DNA of 64,000 nucleotides, taken from Octopus vulgaris (lineage: Eukaryota). Positions 37,596-49,885 of the stretch are shown one piece after another. Where the stretch lies: contig OX597819.1 in NCBI GenBank assembly GCA_951406725.2, positions 73,904,001 to 73,968,000 on the forward strand, in the 5' to 3' direction. A program made the translations under genes and the position numbers. Below the pieces are notes generated by a model. It did not search any database and was not told the origin of the DNA. It saw nothing but the letters and a program-made list of their open reading frames with translations. Every line of letters starts with the position of its first letter. Positions within the stretch are counted from its first letter, which is position 1.

Positions 37596-37780
37596 CACAT
37601 ACATACATATACATATATATGTGTGTATGTGTGTGTATGTGTGTATGTGTGTGTATGTGTGTGTGTGTTGTGTGTGTGTGTCTGTGTCTGTGCTTGTCAC
37701 CCCACCATAACTTGGTGTGTTTACGTCCCCGTAACTTAGCAGTTCAGCATAAGCTATCGATAGAATAAGTACTTATCTCA

Positions 37781-38198
37781 TCTACTATCCTCAGATTCTT
37801 TCCCATCAAACTTTGGTTTCCAATATTTTATTATTTTTATTCAGCTCGCAAGTTCGTCTGTCCCTATAAAATGTTAGTGTTTTGCTGTCTGCCTTGAAGC
37901 AGACCTTTCCGTTGTCACTGCTTGATATTTATGATTGATCTTTCAAAATATTTTTCTTTCTCAACTTACTCAAGATCTTTTGTTGTTTATAAATGGGAGA
38001 GAGATAGATAAAGAAAAATAGAGAGTAAGAGAAAGCGAGGGAGAGTCCGAGAGAAATGAAGAGTAAGAGAGTGGGAAAGTGAGAGAGAAAGGAGAGAGAA
38101 ACAAAGAGGGAAAATGTGGTGATAAAAAACAGAAAAGAAGCAACAGAAAGTAACAACCACACTCTTACCTGCGCGTGGAGCGGGCCACCTTAGGCTAG
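37781..38198 (+). mobile_element. Putative non-autonomous Helitron
   Basis: A|TC start; subterminal GC hairpin cctgcgcgtggagcggg; CTAG|T end. A similar 3' end (cccgagcaaggccggg...cttgt) lies at 37099-37128. Confidence 0.5.
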
Positions 38199-39158
38199 TA
38201 TATATATATATTACTCTTTTACTGGCTTCAGTCATTTGAGTGTGGCCATGCTGGAGTACCATCTTTTATTTGAAGAAATCGCCCCCTGGACTTATTCTTT
38301 GTAAGCCTGGTGCTTATTCTATCGATATCTTCTGCCGAACCGCTAAGTTACGGAGACGTAAACTCACCAACACCGGTTTCTAAGCGATGGTGTGTGTGTG
38401 TGTGTGTGTGTGTGTAACAAACACAGACACAAATGCACACTCATAGGATAGACTTCTTCCAGTTTCCACAACGAAATCCACTGACATGGCTATAGTAGAA
38501 GACACTTGCCCAAAGTGCCATGCAGTGGGACTGGACCCGGAACCATGTGGTTCGGAAGCAAGCTTCTTACGACACAGCCAATCCTGGAAAAAATGTATTG
38601 AACGAAGCAGAAGACAGAAGCTCGTTCTATTTGGAACGTAATAATAACAGGAAATACTATAGCAAATAGTATGTTGATTGTGTTGCGTAAGTCTGAGTCA
38701 GAGCCGGAACACTACTGTCCGTTCATTAGACATTATGTTTTTATCTTGTTATTTTTAGAGTTCGTTGTGTAGCAGAGAAGCTGATTTTGTAGCCACGCAG
38801 TACCGGGTTCAGTCCAACTACACGGCACCTTCAGCAGGTGTCTTCTGCTATACACACGGGCTGAGCAAAGCCTTGTGTGTGTATTTTGTAGACAGAAACT
38901 GTGTGGAAGCTCGTCGCGTGGCTTTGATTGCCAGATGAACGGCGCATTGTATTCATGAGAGCAAAGCACTTAATTCGATGTTGCTTCAGGCCACTCGGCT
39001 GTAAATGGCTCACTCTGAAACGGACAAGACTTCCAATCAGGGGACAACGTTGGCATGCTCGCCTAGCCAGTGGGGTGGCATCATTCAACAGCTAAAAACA
39101 ATGTAAAGCGCATTGTGACCAGTGATGTATTACAACGTCCGTAGTCTGGTCAATCACT

Positions 39159-39207
<49 letters not shown>

Positions 39208-39491
39208 AATATATATATATATATAGGCGCAAGCGTTGCTGTGTGTTAAGAAGCTTGCTTCTCAACGAAATAGTTCCGGGTTCAGTCCCACTGCATGACA
39301 CCTGAGCATGTCTTTTACTATAACCTCGGGCCAACCAAAGCCTTGCGAGTGGATTTAGTAGATGGAAACTGAAAGAAGGTCACATAAACACACACACATA
39401 TGTGTGTGTGTGTGTGTGTATATATAAGAAAGAAGCAAACTCTAAAAAATAGAGCAGTAATTATTACAACAAAAATTTTAATTTTGGACAT

Positions 39492-39550
39492 AGAGTTACC
39501 CAAGGTTTCGCATCCACAAACAAAGCCTTGTGGACAGCTCATCAGACTCT
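39492..39550 (-). ncRNA. Type I hammerhead ribozyme, canonical core
   Basis: AGAGU-CUGAUGA-GC[CCACAA/UUGUGG]GC-GAAAC CUUGG GUA-ACUCU. Confidence 0.88.
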
Positions 39551-39655
39551 CTTTAAATACAAAATTTAAATATCTACATCCTCGAGTTCTGAGCGTTTTC
39601 TCAAAATTTAAATTTAAATACAAAATTTAAAATATTTAAAATTTTGTCTTTGTAT

Positions 39656-39715
39656 AGAGTCTGACGAGCTGGCCACAAGGCTTTGCTTTGTGGGTGCGAA
39701 ACTTTGGATAACTCT
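39656..39715 (+). ncRNA. Type I hammerhead ribozyme (CUGACGA core)
   Basis: AGAGU-CUGACGA-GC[CCACAAGG/CUUUGUGG]GC-GAAAC UUUGG AUA-ACUCU. Confidence 0.82.
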
Positions 39716-39743
39716 ATGTCCAAGTCTATTGGACTTTCCGCTA

Positions 39744-39777
39744 TTTCCGAAGAAGAGCGTCTGCTCGAAACGTTAAA
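39744..39777 (+). ncRNA. Minimal HHR, family-B relative (core CCGAAGA)
   Basis: UUU-CCGAAGA-A-GAGC GUCU GCUC-GAAAC GUU-AAA, followed by the family tail tttcctgagcg...ctaatac. Confidence 0.65.
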
Positions 39778-39882
39778 CCATCTTTCTTTTCTTTCCTGAG
39801 CGGCTTCTAATACATTACATGTACCACGTCCTTTGTTGTTTATTTTTGTGTTTGTTCTTTCTTTGGATTCACTATATATACA

Positions 39883-39963
<81 letters not shown>

Positions 39964-39980
39964 ATATATATACATACCTA

Positions 39981-40051
<71 letters not shown>

Positions 40052-40345
40052 TTATCAATGTATGTATTATTTTATTCTCAACTTTCGAAGAACAATGATA
40101 TAGATATTCTTTTATTCTTTTATTCTTTTATTTGCTTCAGTCATTTGACTGCGGCCATGCTGGAGCCCTGCCTTTTTAGTCGAGCAAATCGACCCCGGGA
40201 CTTATTCTTTGTAAGCCTATTACTTATTCTATCGTTTACTTTTGTCGAACCGCTAAGTTACGAGGACACAAACGCACCAGCATCGGTTGTCAAACGATGT
40301 TGGGGGTGACAAACACAAACACGCAAATACACACACACACACACT

Positions 40346-40378
<33 letters not shown>

Positions 40379-40559
40379 TTATATATGCGACAGGCTACTT
40401 TCAGTTTCCGTCTACCAAATCAACTCACAAGGCTTTGGTCGGCCCGAGGCTATACTAGAAGACATTTGCCCAAGGTGCCACGCGGTGGGACCGAACTCGG
40501 AATCATGTGGTTGGTAAGCAAGCTACTTCTGATGCCTGGTTCAAGCCTTCTGACATCCT

Positions 40560-41645
40560 AAGCCAAAAGGATCAGAGAAAGGGAACGATATCAATTAAAC
40601 AGAGGAAGACTTCTGAATAAAAAAAAGAGAGCGATTAAGACTCGAAACTGGAGAACGGAGACAATGTGAATTAGAAAGACAAGAAATCCGACGTTTAAAC
40701 GAAAATTGTGACCAAAGCGCTGAAAGACGAGAGCAAGATCGAACGAGAAATCAACACATTCGTTGATTAGAAGCTCAGCGACTTCGAAACCAACACCGTC
40801 GACTCCGCAACCATCAAGATGTTGACGTCTTTCTTGGAGAAATGAACAAAATATTCCCTCATTGTTGAGGTTTCAAATTTCCAGGAGAAACTCTGCCAAC
40901 TTTTGCAGTGTGAATGAGAAAGTGAATTTAGTGCCGTTACCTGACTTACCACCGGAAATGGAAGAATTATTTGAAGTTCGGACAGACGTGGGAAAAAATT
41001 TCAGAAAATATGCCAGGCAGTACAATAGTATTTTTCAAATGACATCTTTTGATTGCAAAGAGAGTCGGCAACATGAACATTACAATCCTTCGGTCATAAC
41101 ACATGGACAAATTTACCATTTCCTGGGTCCACTAATTCCAGATGCCAATGAGTAAGCCAAATTTATGCAACTATACTTCTTGGACCCACAAGATTCAGTC
41201 TAACACAGGATGAGAATTTTGAAAAACGAAGCAGAGCTAGAAGGAAGAATCGTAGTACGAATTGAAACAGTTTTGAGTGAGAGAAATCCATATATTGCTT
41301 CGTCCAAAATGGCAAACGAATTATTCAGAGATATGCCAGAGGCCACGCTTATTATTTATGAGAGCAGGAAGCCAACTGGGGAGCAAGAGAGGCGCTGGAA
41401 TGCGCCAACTGTAAATGAAGTCCCTGTTATTTTACCCAATACGAATCAATATGCATCTTCTAGGCATATCATCTTGAAGGAAAGTGCAAGTGAACTGACC
41501 ATAATCTCGGAAAGTCATCATTCGTATGACTCCTTGCAGTAGGTTCTCTTTTTCCCTGAAGGTAACAATGGGTGGAAGATCAGCTTGAATATAACAAATG
41601 ATAAGCGATTGACAATCAAGAAATATTATGCCTGCAGAATGATCC
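40560..41645 (+). pseudogene. Helitron Rep/helicase N-terminal region relic
   Basis: FRKYARQYNSIFQMTSF; HGQIYHFLGPL; NPY; RRWNAPTVNEV; HHSYDSLQ*VLFFPEG..GW. Confidence 0.9.
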
Positions 41646-41904
41646 TTTCCACTGAAGGCACAAAGGCCTGAAATTTTGGGCATCAACCCCAGTGCGTAAA
41701 TGGTACTTATTTCATCGACCCCGAAAAGATGAAAGGCAAAGTCAACCTCGGCGGAATTTGAACTCAGAACGTAGCATCGGCTGGAGGCTATAGCAGAAGA
41801 CACTTACTCAAGGTGAACCCGGAACCCTATGGTTGGGAAGCAAGCTTCTTACCACACAGTCACTCGATAAAGCATTTTGAAAGAATGAAAAGAGAAGTTG
41901 ACTA

Positions 41905-42800
41905 TGATATGTGTATGTATGTATGCATATATGCCATTATTTAGTTTATTTAAAGATTTCTTGCCAAGAGAGAAAGGCTTCTTCATTGCAATTTCAACAT
42001 CAACAACAGGATATATTTTTGTATGTATGTATGTATGTATGTATGTATGTATGTATGTATGTATGTATGTATGTATGTATGTATGTATGTATGTATGTAT
42101 GCATGCATCTATATATGTGCAGATTTGTATGTTTTATGTATGTATTCTCATGCATATAGTTACATATCTAGACATGCTCATATATATATTTAAATGAAAC
42201 TTCTGGAAAGTTTTACAGATTTTTACAGTTCTAGTGATGGCTTGGATCTGTAGTCTTCGAATTAGCTTTCTCGTTTCTGGTTTTGAAAAGCCTAATTTCT
42301 CAAGATTGGTATTAGGCAGTGTATTACATATCCCAGGCCCCAATAATTACAGGTATAAACCTGAAACTGTAATCTGGATAGAGTAACTGCAGATTTCTCA
42401 ATAGTTCAGCATAGGTGTTCTCTTTTTCATTGATCTTCAGCTTTATGTTAACATCCGCTGGGCAGCTAATTTCCACAACTGTGCACAGTTTCTCTTCTCT
42501 ATCCCAAATCATTATATCAGGTCTGTTGTGCTTACATTTTACTGAGGTCTTCACTGGTACATTCCACCAGTATTCCTTTTTATTATGAGTGGCTATGCAT
42601 TCTATCATATTGTGAGTTCTTATTTCTTTGTCCTCGGGATTATCCTTCCTACGGATTTCATTATAGAATGTACTAGCTACATCGTCATGTCTCTTCGGTA
42701 GATAATATTGTGATGACATTTTCGGACAGCTGCTTATGATGTGGGTGATATCTTCACTGTGAACTCCACAAAGTCTGCATCAGTTGTCGCATTTTACTGT
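41905..42800 (-). mobile_element. R4/Dong-type LINE 3' part: zinc knuckle, RLE and UTR
   Basis: CRLC..EDITHIISSC; RHD; HNRPDI..VEISCP..EK..Y; UTR with internal (TACA)n. Confidence 0.9.
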
Positions 42801-44035
42801 GAACATGTTAAGCTGACAGACCTTACAATATGCCGGGTTCCGTGGGGGAAAAAAACCCATTTAAATAAAAGGGGTCCTCGCTGGTGAAAAGTTTGGGAAC
42901 CACTGCCGTAGACACACCAAAAGAGCTAAAGGGACCGATTGAATAAATATCAAACGTAAAAGATGAACACCAGAGTCATACCCGTCGCTAAAGGGGTGCA
43001 CTGGACGGCACTGGACAGTGCTTCTTCTCCCTAATGAATGGCGCACCCTCAGATTTACAGGGATACACATATTTTGAAACTCCACTTTCGCATTATTACA
43101 AATCAGTCCCCCCCAGAATACACTGAAGCAGACCTCACCGGAGTCATGTTGGTCAACTAAACCCTGGAAGGTGGTGTTCCAGTTTGGCCGCAATCCAATG
43201 ACTGAAAACAATTAAAAGAGAAACAATAAAAGAAAGACATGATCTAATAGCCATTTGGTTGCTATTTCTAGCATGTCAAGTGACCATATTTTGTTGGTGT
43301 AGTTGTTATTACCAATCATTGACAATAATATTACGGGGCTAATTCTTTTCTACTCTAGGCACAAGGCCCGAAAATTTTTGTGTGTGTGTGTGTGGGGGGG
43401 ATCGATTAGATTGACACCAGGACGCAACTGGTACTTAACTTATTGACCCCAAAAAGAATGAAAGGCAAAGTCGACCTCGGCGGAATTTTAACTCACAACG
43501 TAGCGGCAGACGAAATACCTATTTCTTTACTACCCACAAAGGGCTAAACACAGAGCGGACAAACAAGGACAGACAAACGGATTAAGTCGATTTCATCGAT
43601 CCCAGTGCGTAACTGGTACTTATTTAATCGACCCCGAAAGGATGAAAGGCAAAGTCGACCTTGGCGGAATTTGAACTCGGTACGTAGCGGTAGACGAAAT
43701 ACCGCTAAGCATTTCGGCCGACGTGCAAACGTTTCTGTCATCTCCTAATTACTAATTTCATAATCGTGTTAAGGAACGTGAGTAAGCGTTCTAGATCAAC
43801 ATGCCGGTCTATTAGTCACAAAACGACTCACTGCAATACATGTCGTATGAGACAATTGAAGCGCAAACGGAATTGCTATGAGTGATGTGTGTGGTAAGAA
43901 GCTTGCTTCCCAACCACATGGTTCCGGTTTCAGTCCCACTGCATGACACTTTGGCTAAGTGCTTACTATCATAGCCTCGGGCCGACTAAAGCATTGTGAG
44001 TCGATTTGGTAGACGGAAATTGAAAGAAGCTCGCC

Positions 44036-44206
<171 letters not shown>

Positions 44207-44303
44207 TATATCATATATTATATATCATATATATCTGTCCTGTTTTTGTTACCAACTTTGACCCTCCGCAAATCCCAAATTTTATTTTGGTTCGCGGGAG
44301 CAA

Positions 44304-44378
44304 CTGTTTTCCCGAAGGTACATATTGTCGTGAATTGCTCGAAATGTGGAGTAGATAAACAGCCGACAACTGATGAAG
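44304..44378 (+). ncRNA. Degenerate HHR-like motif in a dispersed repeat (other copy at 14410-14582, minus)
   Basis: CUGUUUUC-CCGAAGG-..-GAAAUGUGGAGUA-GAUAAACAG, followed by a second CUGAUGA. Stems II and III are weak. Confidence 0.35.
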
Positions 44379-44497
44379 AGGCGTTTTTTTTATGTTACCT
44401 GTCTTGTTTTCCATTTGTTTCTCTCGTTGTTCGCGAAAAAAAACTTTGTCTTCGTATTTCATGTTGTTTACGCTTTGTGACGTTCTGTACCGATATA

Positions 44498-44581
<84 letters not shown>

Positions 44582-44598
44582 CATATATGTATATATGC

Positions 44599-44656
<58 letters not shown>

Positions 44657-44670
44657 ATTATTTATATTAT

Positions 44671-44725
<55 letters not shown>

Positions 44726-46216
44726 CATTTCTGTGTCTGTGTTTGTCCCCCAACATTGCTTGACAACCGATGTTGGTTTGTTCACCTCCCCGTAAATTAG
44801 CGGTTCAGCGCAAAACCTGACAAAATATGTACCAGGTTTACAAAATAAGTGCTGGGGTCGATTCATTCAACTAAAATTACAAGGCGGTGCTCCAGTATGG
44901 CCGCCGTCTAATGACTTAAATATGTAAAAGATAATAGATAAAACGAGATATCATTTATCGTTTACTTGTCTACTTGTTTCAGACTGCGGCCATGCTGGGT
45001 CACCGCCCAGAAGACTTTTTCTTGTAGTCGACTCGATCGACCTCCTAGTACTTACATTTTTAAAGCCTAGTGCTTATTCTTTCGGTTACTTATGCTGAAC
45101 CGCTAAGTTCATTTTAAACACACTAACACTGGTTATCAAGCAGTAGTGGGGAGCAAACACAGACTCAAAGACACACACACACACACACACACATACACAC
45201 ACACACACACAAACAATCACACACACAAAGATACACATATATACTTACACACACGTACTTACACACACACACACAAAGATACACATATATACTTACACAC
45301 ACGTACTTACACACACATACACACACAGACACACACATATACACATTCATACACACACATACACACATACATACACACAAACATATGCACACAAACACAC
45401 AAACACACACACACATGCTTTCACACATACACACACACATACTTACACACACAGACACATACATACACACACATGCTTACACACACATACTTACACACAC
45501 ATACACATACAGACACGCACACATACTTACACACACACATACACACATACACACACAGACACATACACACGTGCACATACACGACGGCCTTCTTTCAGTT
45601 TCCGTCTACCAAAGGTTTTGGACTGCCTGAGACTATAGCAGAAGACACAAGGTTTTGGACTGCCTGAGACTATAGCAGAAGACACTTGCCCAAGGTGCCA
45701 TGCAGAGGAACTGAACCTGGAACCATGTGGTTGGGAAGCAGGCCTCTTACCACTCAGCCACACCAGTCTATTTTTGTGAGACAGCTCTCATGCTGGATTT
45801 GAGGTTAATGATGTTGTAATTGCCATGTCAGTAATTATCTTCTGCCTTGATCGTCTGCACTCACAAAACATAAAGAAGGGAAATTTTCATTTCCATAGAA
45901 ATGTGAATTAGACTGTGATTAAAATTAATTAACTAAAACTATGAGTAGAGCCAGTCATTAGATCAGTGACTAATTAAGGTCAGGAAAGCAGGGGACATCA
46001 CTTCCGAAATTGACATTTTATTGAAAATTATTTGAAAATATTTTAATAAGTCTTTGATTTGCAAAATTCTTGATGTGGGCTCATGTACTGAAACAAATTT
46101 TGATATACCTTGCGATGGTCATTATGTTTATAATATACACACGCACTGGTTCTGCTTCACTTCTAGCTATTTAACCAACTATCTAATCATTTGTTTGATT
46201 AATCATCTGCTTAACC

Positions 46217-46587
46217 CAGTGGTTCTCGACTGGAGCTCATATGACTCCAGGGGTTCTATATAAGATTTTTTGGGGTCAAGCAAGTAACATAGTTAATTGA
46301 AAATTTACGGTATTATTTTAGGGGTCCACGAAAAATTTTGCTTTAGATATATTTATTGCGAGAAACAATTAGGTTTCTTTCTCTAACGCTTTACATAGTT
46401 AAACATGTTTCCGGCCAAAGAAACATGTTCTCTCAGAGAGTACTTTTGCAAACCTACATCAGGGAATGTGTGAAATACAAAATACGAATTTGAAAGAAGC
46501 ATATATAAAACTAGTTTTTAAACATCGAATGGCTGTAAAATAGTAATCAAAGGGGTCCAAAGTTTAAAAAATAGTTGAGAAGCCCTG
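46217..46587. mobile_element. hAT-like MITE
   Basis: TIRs cagtggttctcgac / gttgagaagccctg, with an imperfect 8-bp TSD gcttaacc/gtttaatc. Confidence 0.7.
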
Positions 46588-47097
46588 GTTTAATCAAGCA
46601 ATTAGATGTGTTTGTCAAAGTCCTTTCATCATCACCATTTGGGACCTCATGACATGCCCTCACTATTCAACGTTTGTATCTTAGTTTTAGGTAAAGAAGT
46701 TAAATTGAACCGTGTCTTTATTATTGGTATGATGATTCACTTGAGATAATTACAAATAGGATATAACGAGGAGTTACAGTGGGGTGAATACTATGGACAT
46801 GTTTTGCTCTTATAGCACCTCATAAGTGACGCATAGTTTAACCATTACTGCAAATTATAGGGGTAAAATTTATTCCGTTAGAACAAACTGTACTGCGATA
46901 AACAACACGAGAGAGACACTTATATTGGCTTTTTGGCGCAAAATGCACATTTGTTTATATCGCTGGTCTCGTCAAAGACGAACGCTCGACCGCTAGAGAT
47001 AGCAGCGACTCATCTCTCCGCATGCGATACACACACACACACACATATCTTTCCTTTCCTGAGCGTCCAATAACACTATACTTGTTCATGTTTGGAT

Positions 47098-47214
<117 letters not shown>

Positions 47215-47291
47215 AATATATAGATATATAAATAAATATATATATATTACATTTCTAAATATCTGATAGAGATATGTACGGTGGTGGGGCG

Positions 47292-47671
<380 letters not shown>

Positions 47672-47686
47672 TATATATATATATAA

Positions 47687-47751
<65 letters not shown>

Positions 47752-47791
47752 GATAGAGCCAGAACAGGTGTTGCTGTCGCGATTAGGCTTG

Positions 47792-47840
<49 letters not shown>

Positions 47841-47846
<6 letters not shown>

Positions 47847-48185
47847 AATATTAGGGAATAAATCCAAACTTACAGGGAAAAATCAGATTTAGGATTGAAT
47901 CCAATTTTATAGTAAAATATTATATTATATTAAATTAGAGACGAAACCACTATTAGGCAAATCAAACAATGAAAGACTTAAGCGAATACATATGATTAAT
48001 TTATATTATTTAAATATGTAACAATTATTAAAAAATATAATTAAAAAATATAAAAAATATATTAATTATATTTTTTAATAATTGTTACATATTTAAATAA
48101 TATAAATTAATCATATGTATTGGCTTAAGTCTTTCATTGTTTGATTTGCCTAATAGTGGTTTTGTCTCTAATTTAATATAATATA
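47841..48185. repeat. Second copy of the 35929 palindromic family, opposite orientation
   Basis: Extension 47841-47920; arms 47921-48044 and 48062-48185; (TA)n on both sides. Confidence 0.92.
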
Positions 48186-48537
48186 TATATATATATATAT
48201 ACATTAGTGACAGAGGCAGAATTAATATCGAGAGGTAATATTTATCACCACTCAAACGTGGGAGTTCTGTTAGAACAAACTATACTGTGGCAGATACCTC
48301 GAGAGAAACTATCATATTGGCTTTTTGGTGCAAAAAGTACACTTGTTTATATCACTGGTGAGGAGATACATCCCCGCCATCTCCAACGCCGAGAGTTTGG
48401 AAGTATACTTCTTAGCACATAGCCAGGCCTTTGCCTCTATATTAATTTTTAAAACAAAAATATTTTTTAATACTTCAGATAAAATTGAATTAAATTTCTC
48501 ATTTGTATAACTCCTCCCGTAACCACTCTGTTAATTT

Positions 48538-48765
48538 TCTTCTTCTTCTTCTTCTTCTTCTTCTTCTTCTTCTTCTTCTTCTTCTTCTTCTTCTTCTTCT
48601 TCTTCTTCTTCTTCTTCTTCTTCTTCTTCTTCTTCTTCTTCTTCTTCTTCTTCTTCTTCTTCTTCTTCTTCTTCTTCTTCTTTTTCTTCTTCTTCTTCTT
48701 CTTCTTCTTCTTCTTCTTCTTCTTCTTCTTCTTCTTCTTCTTCTTCTTCTTCTTCTTCTTCTTCC
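48538..48765. repeat. (CTT)n microsatellite
   Basis: About 75 units; the source of the poly-L and poly-E ORFs. Confidence 0.98.
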
Positions 48766-49282
48766 AGTCCCTTACATGTCACGGAAACCAAGTAACCGGC
48801 CTCTTGAGTGCCAGTCCTCGAGGAAAAAACAAAACAAAAAAAAAACAGAGCTACTCTTAAAATCTATAAATAGTGTTCTAATTTGTTATTTCGCCCCGTT
48901 AATGGATCAAATCATTGTGTAAACCATAGAAATACGCCTTGTTTAACAAATGTTGTCAATGTAGACTATTTTAGAGCTCATTACCATGTATTTACTTTAT
49001 AAGGACATGAGAGAACAGTTCATTATTGTGTTAACAGCGTCACAATAAATTTTACAATGAACAGACGATCTTCAACAACATTCAGTTTTTAATTTACATT
49101 TGGCAGAGTGTATGAGGGAAACTGCTGAATATAGTCAGGAGGTGCAGGATGAAAAAAAAAAAAGAAATTAAAGGGAAAATTATTGACATTTAACGGAGAT
49201 TTATCCTCATATGGTGTAGCGGCTACTAACCCCAAGATTCCAAGCAGTGACCTGAATAATAATAATAATAATAATAATGATG

Positions 49283-49334
<52 letters not shown>

Positions 49335-49383
49335 CATCGAAAAATACCTTAGGAATGAGAACCCAGATTCGAAATTTCCCCAA

Positions 49384-49429
49384 GACACCTGATGAAGGCT
49401 GGAGGGTATATCAACCGAAACGTTGTGTT
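49384..49429 (+). ncRNA. Minimal type I HHR, canonical core, next to (AAT)n
   Basis: GACAC-CUGAUGA-A-GGCUG/CAACC-GAAAC GUU-GUGUU. Confidence 0.82.
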
Positions 49430-49634
49430 AACGACAAACAAGATGAGGACAAATATCCATCAAATGTAAATAATGTAAATAATGTAAATGATGTACATAA
49501 TTCCTCATCTCTTAAATATAGAACTAGAAGGGAAAATATATTCCCGTGAGATATCAGAATCAAACATTGAATTGATTTTGGTATATCATGGGAGAGCAGA
49601 GATGGTGTTTAAAGAAAAGTATGCAGTAATGGTA

Positions 49635-49885
49635 GGGAGAACAATTGGGGGACAGCCAACTGGGAGACAGCTAGATGGGGAAACTGGCAACTAGGAAATA
49701 GGCAAGTAAGGGACAAGCAAATGGGGGACAGGAAACTAGAAAATAGCCATATGTGAAGACAATTAAGAAGGACAGAGTCAATTGGAACACAGACTATAAG
49801 AAGAGTCATTTGGGAGTCAGACAATTTGACTTAAGGGCAAGTGTCCAACAGATATTCAAGTGACAGTGTAATTGGGTAATGACTA
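49635..49885 (+). repeat. Degenerate minisatellite, about 15-bp period (caactgggagacagc-like)
   Basis: Recurring caa-tggg-gaca units. Confidence 0.6.

Larger units (their letters stand above)
34408..37773. repeat. Long inverted duplication, 34408-34859 versus 37253-37773
   Basis: The arms share the PLE 3' UTR with HHR, the microsatellite and a SINE-A segment carrying the same private variants. Confidence 0.92.
39484..39723. repeat. Inverted repeat with an HHR in each arm
   Basis: ttggacatagagtta... / ...taactctatgtccaa. Confidence 0.9.

Noticed and set aside
38160-38185. Splice donor CAG|GTAAGA on minus
   Set aside because: Better explained as part of a Helitron 3' hairpin-CTAG terminus on plus.
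48503-48922. Poly-Leu/poly-Glu ORFs and the many YI/HT/CV/MYVC ORFs
   Set aside because: Translations of microsatellites.
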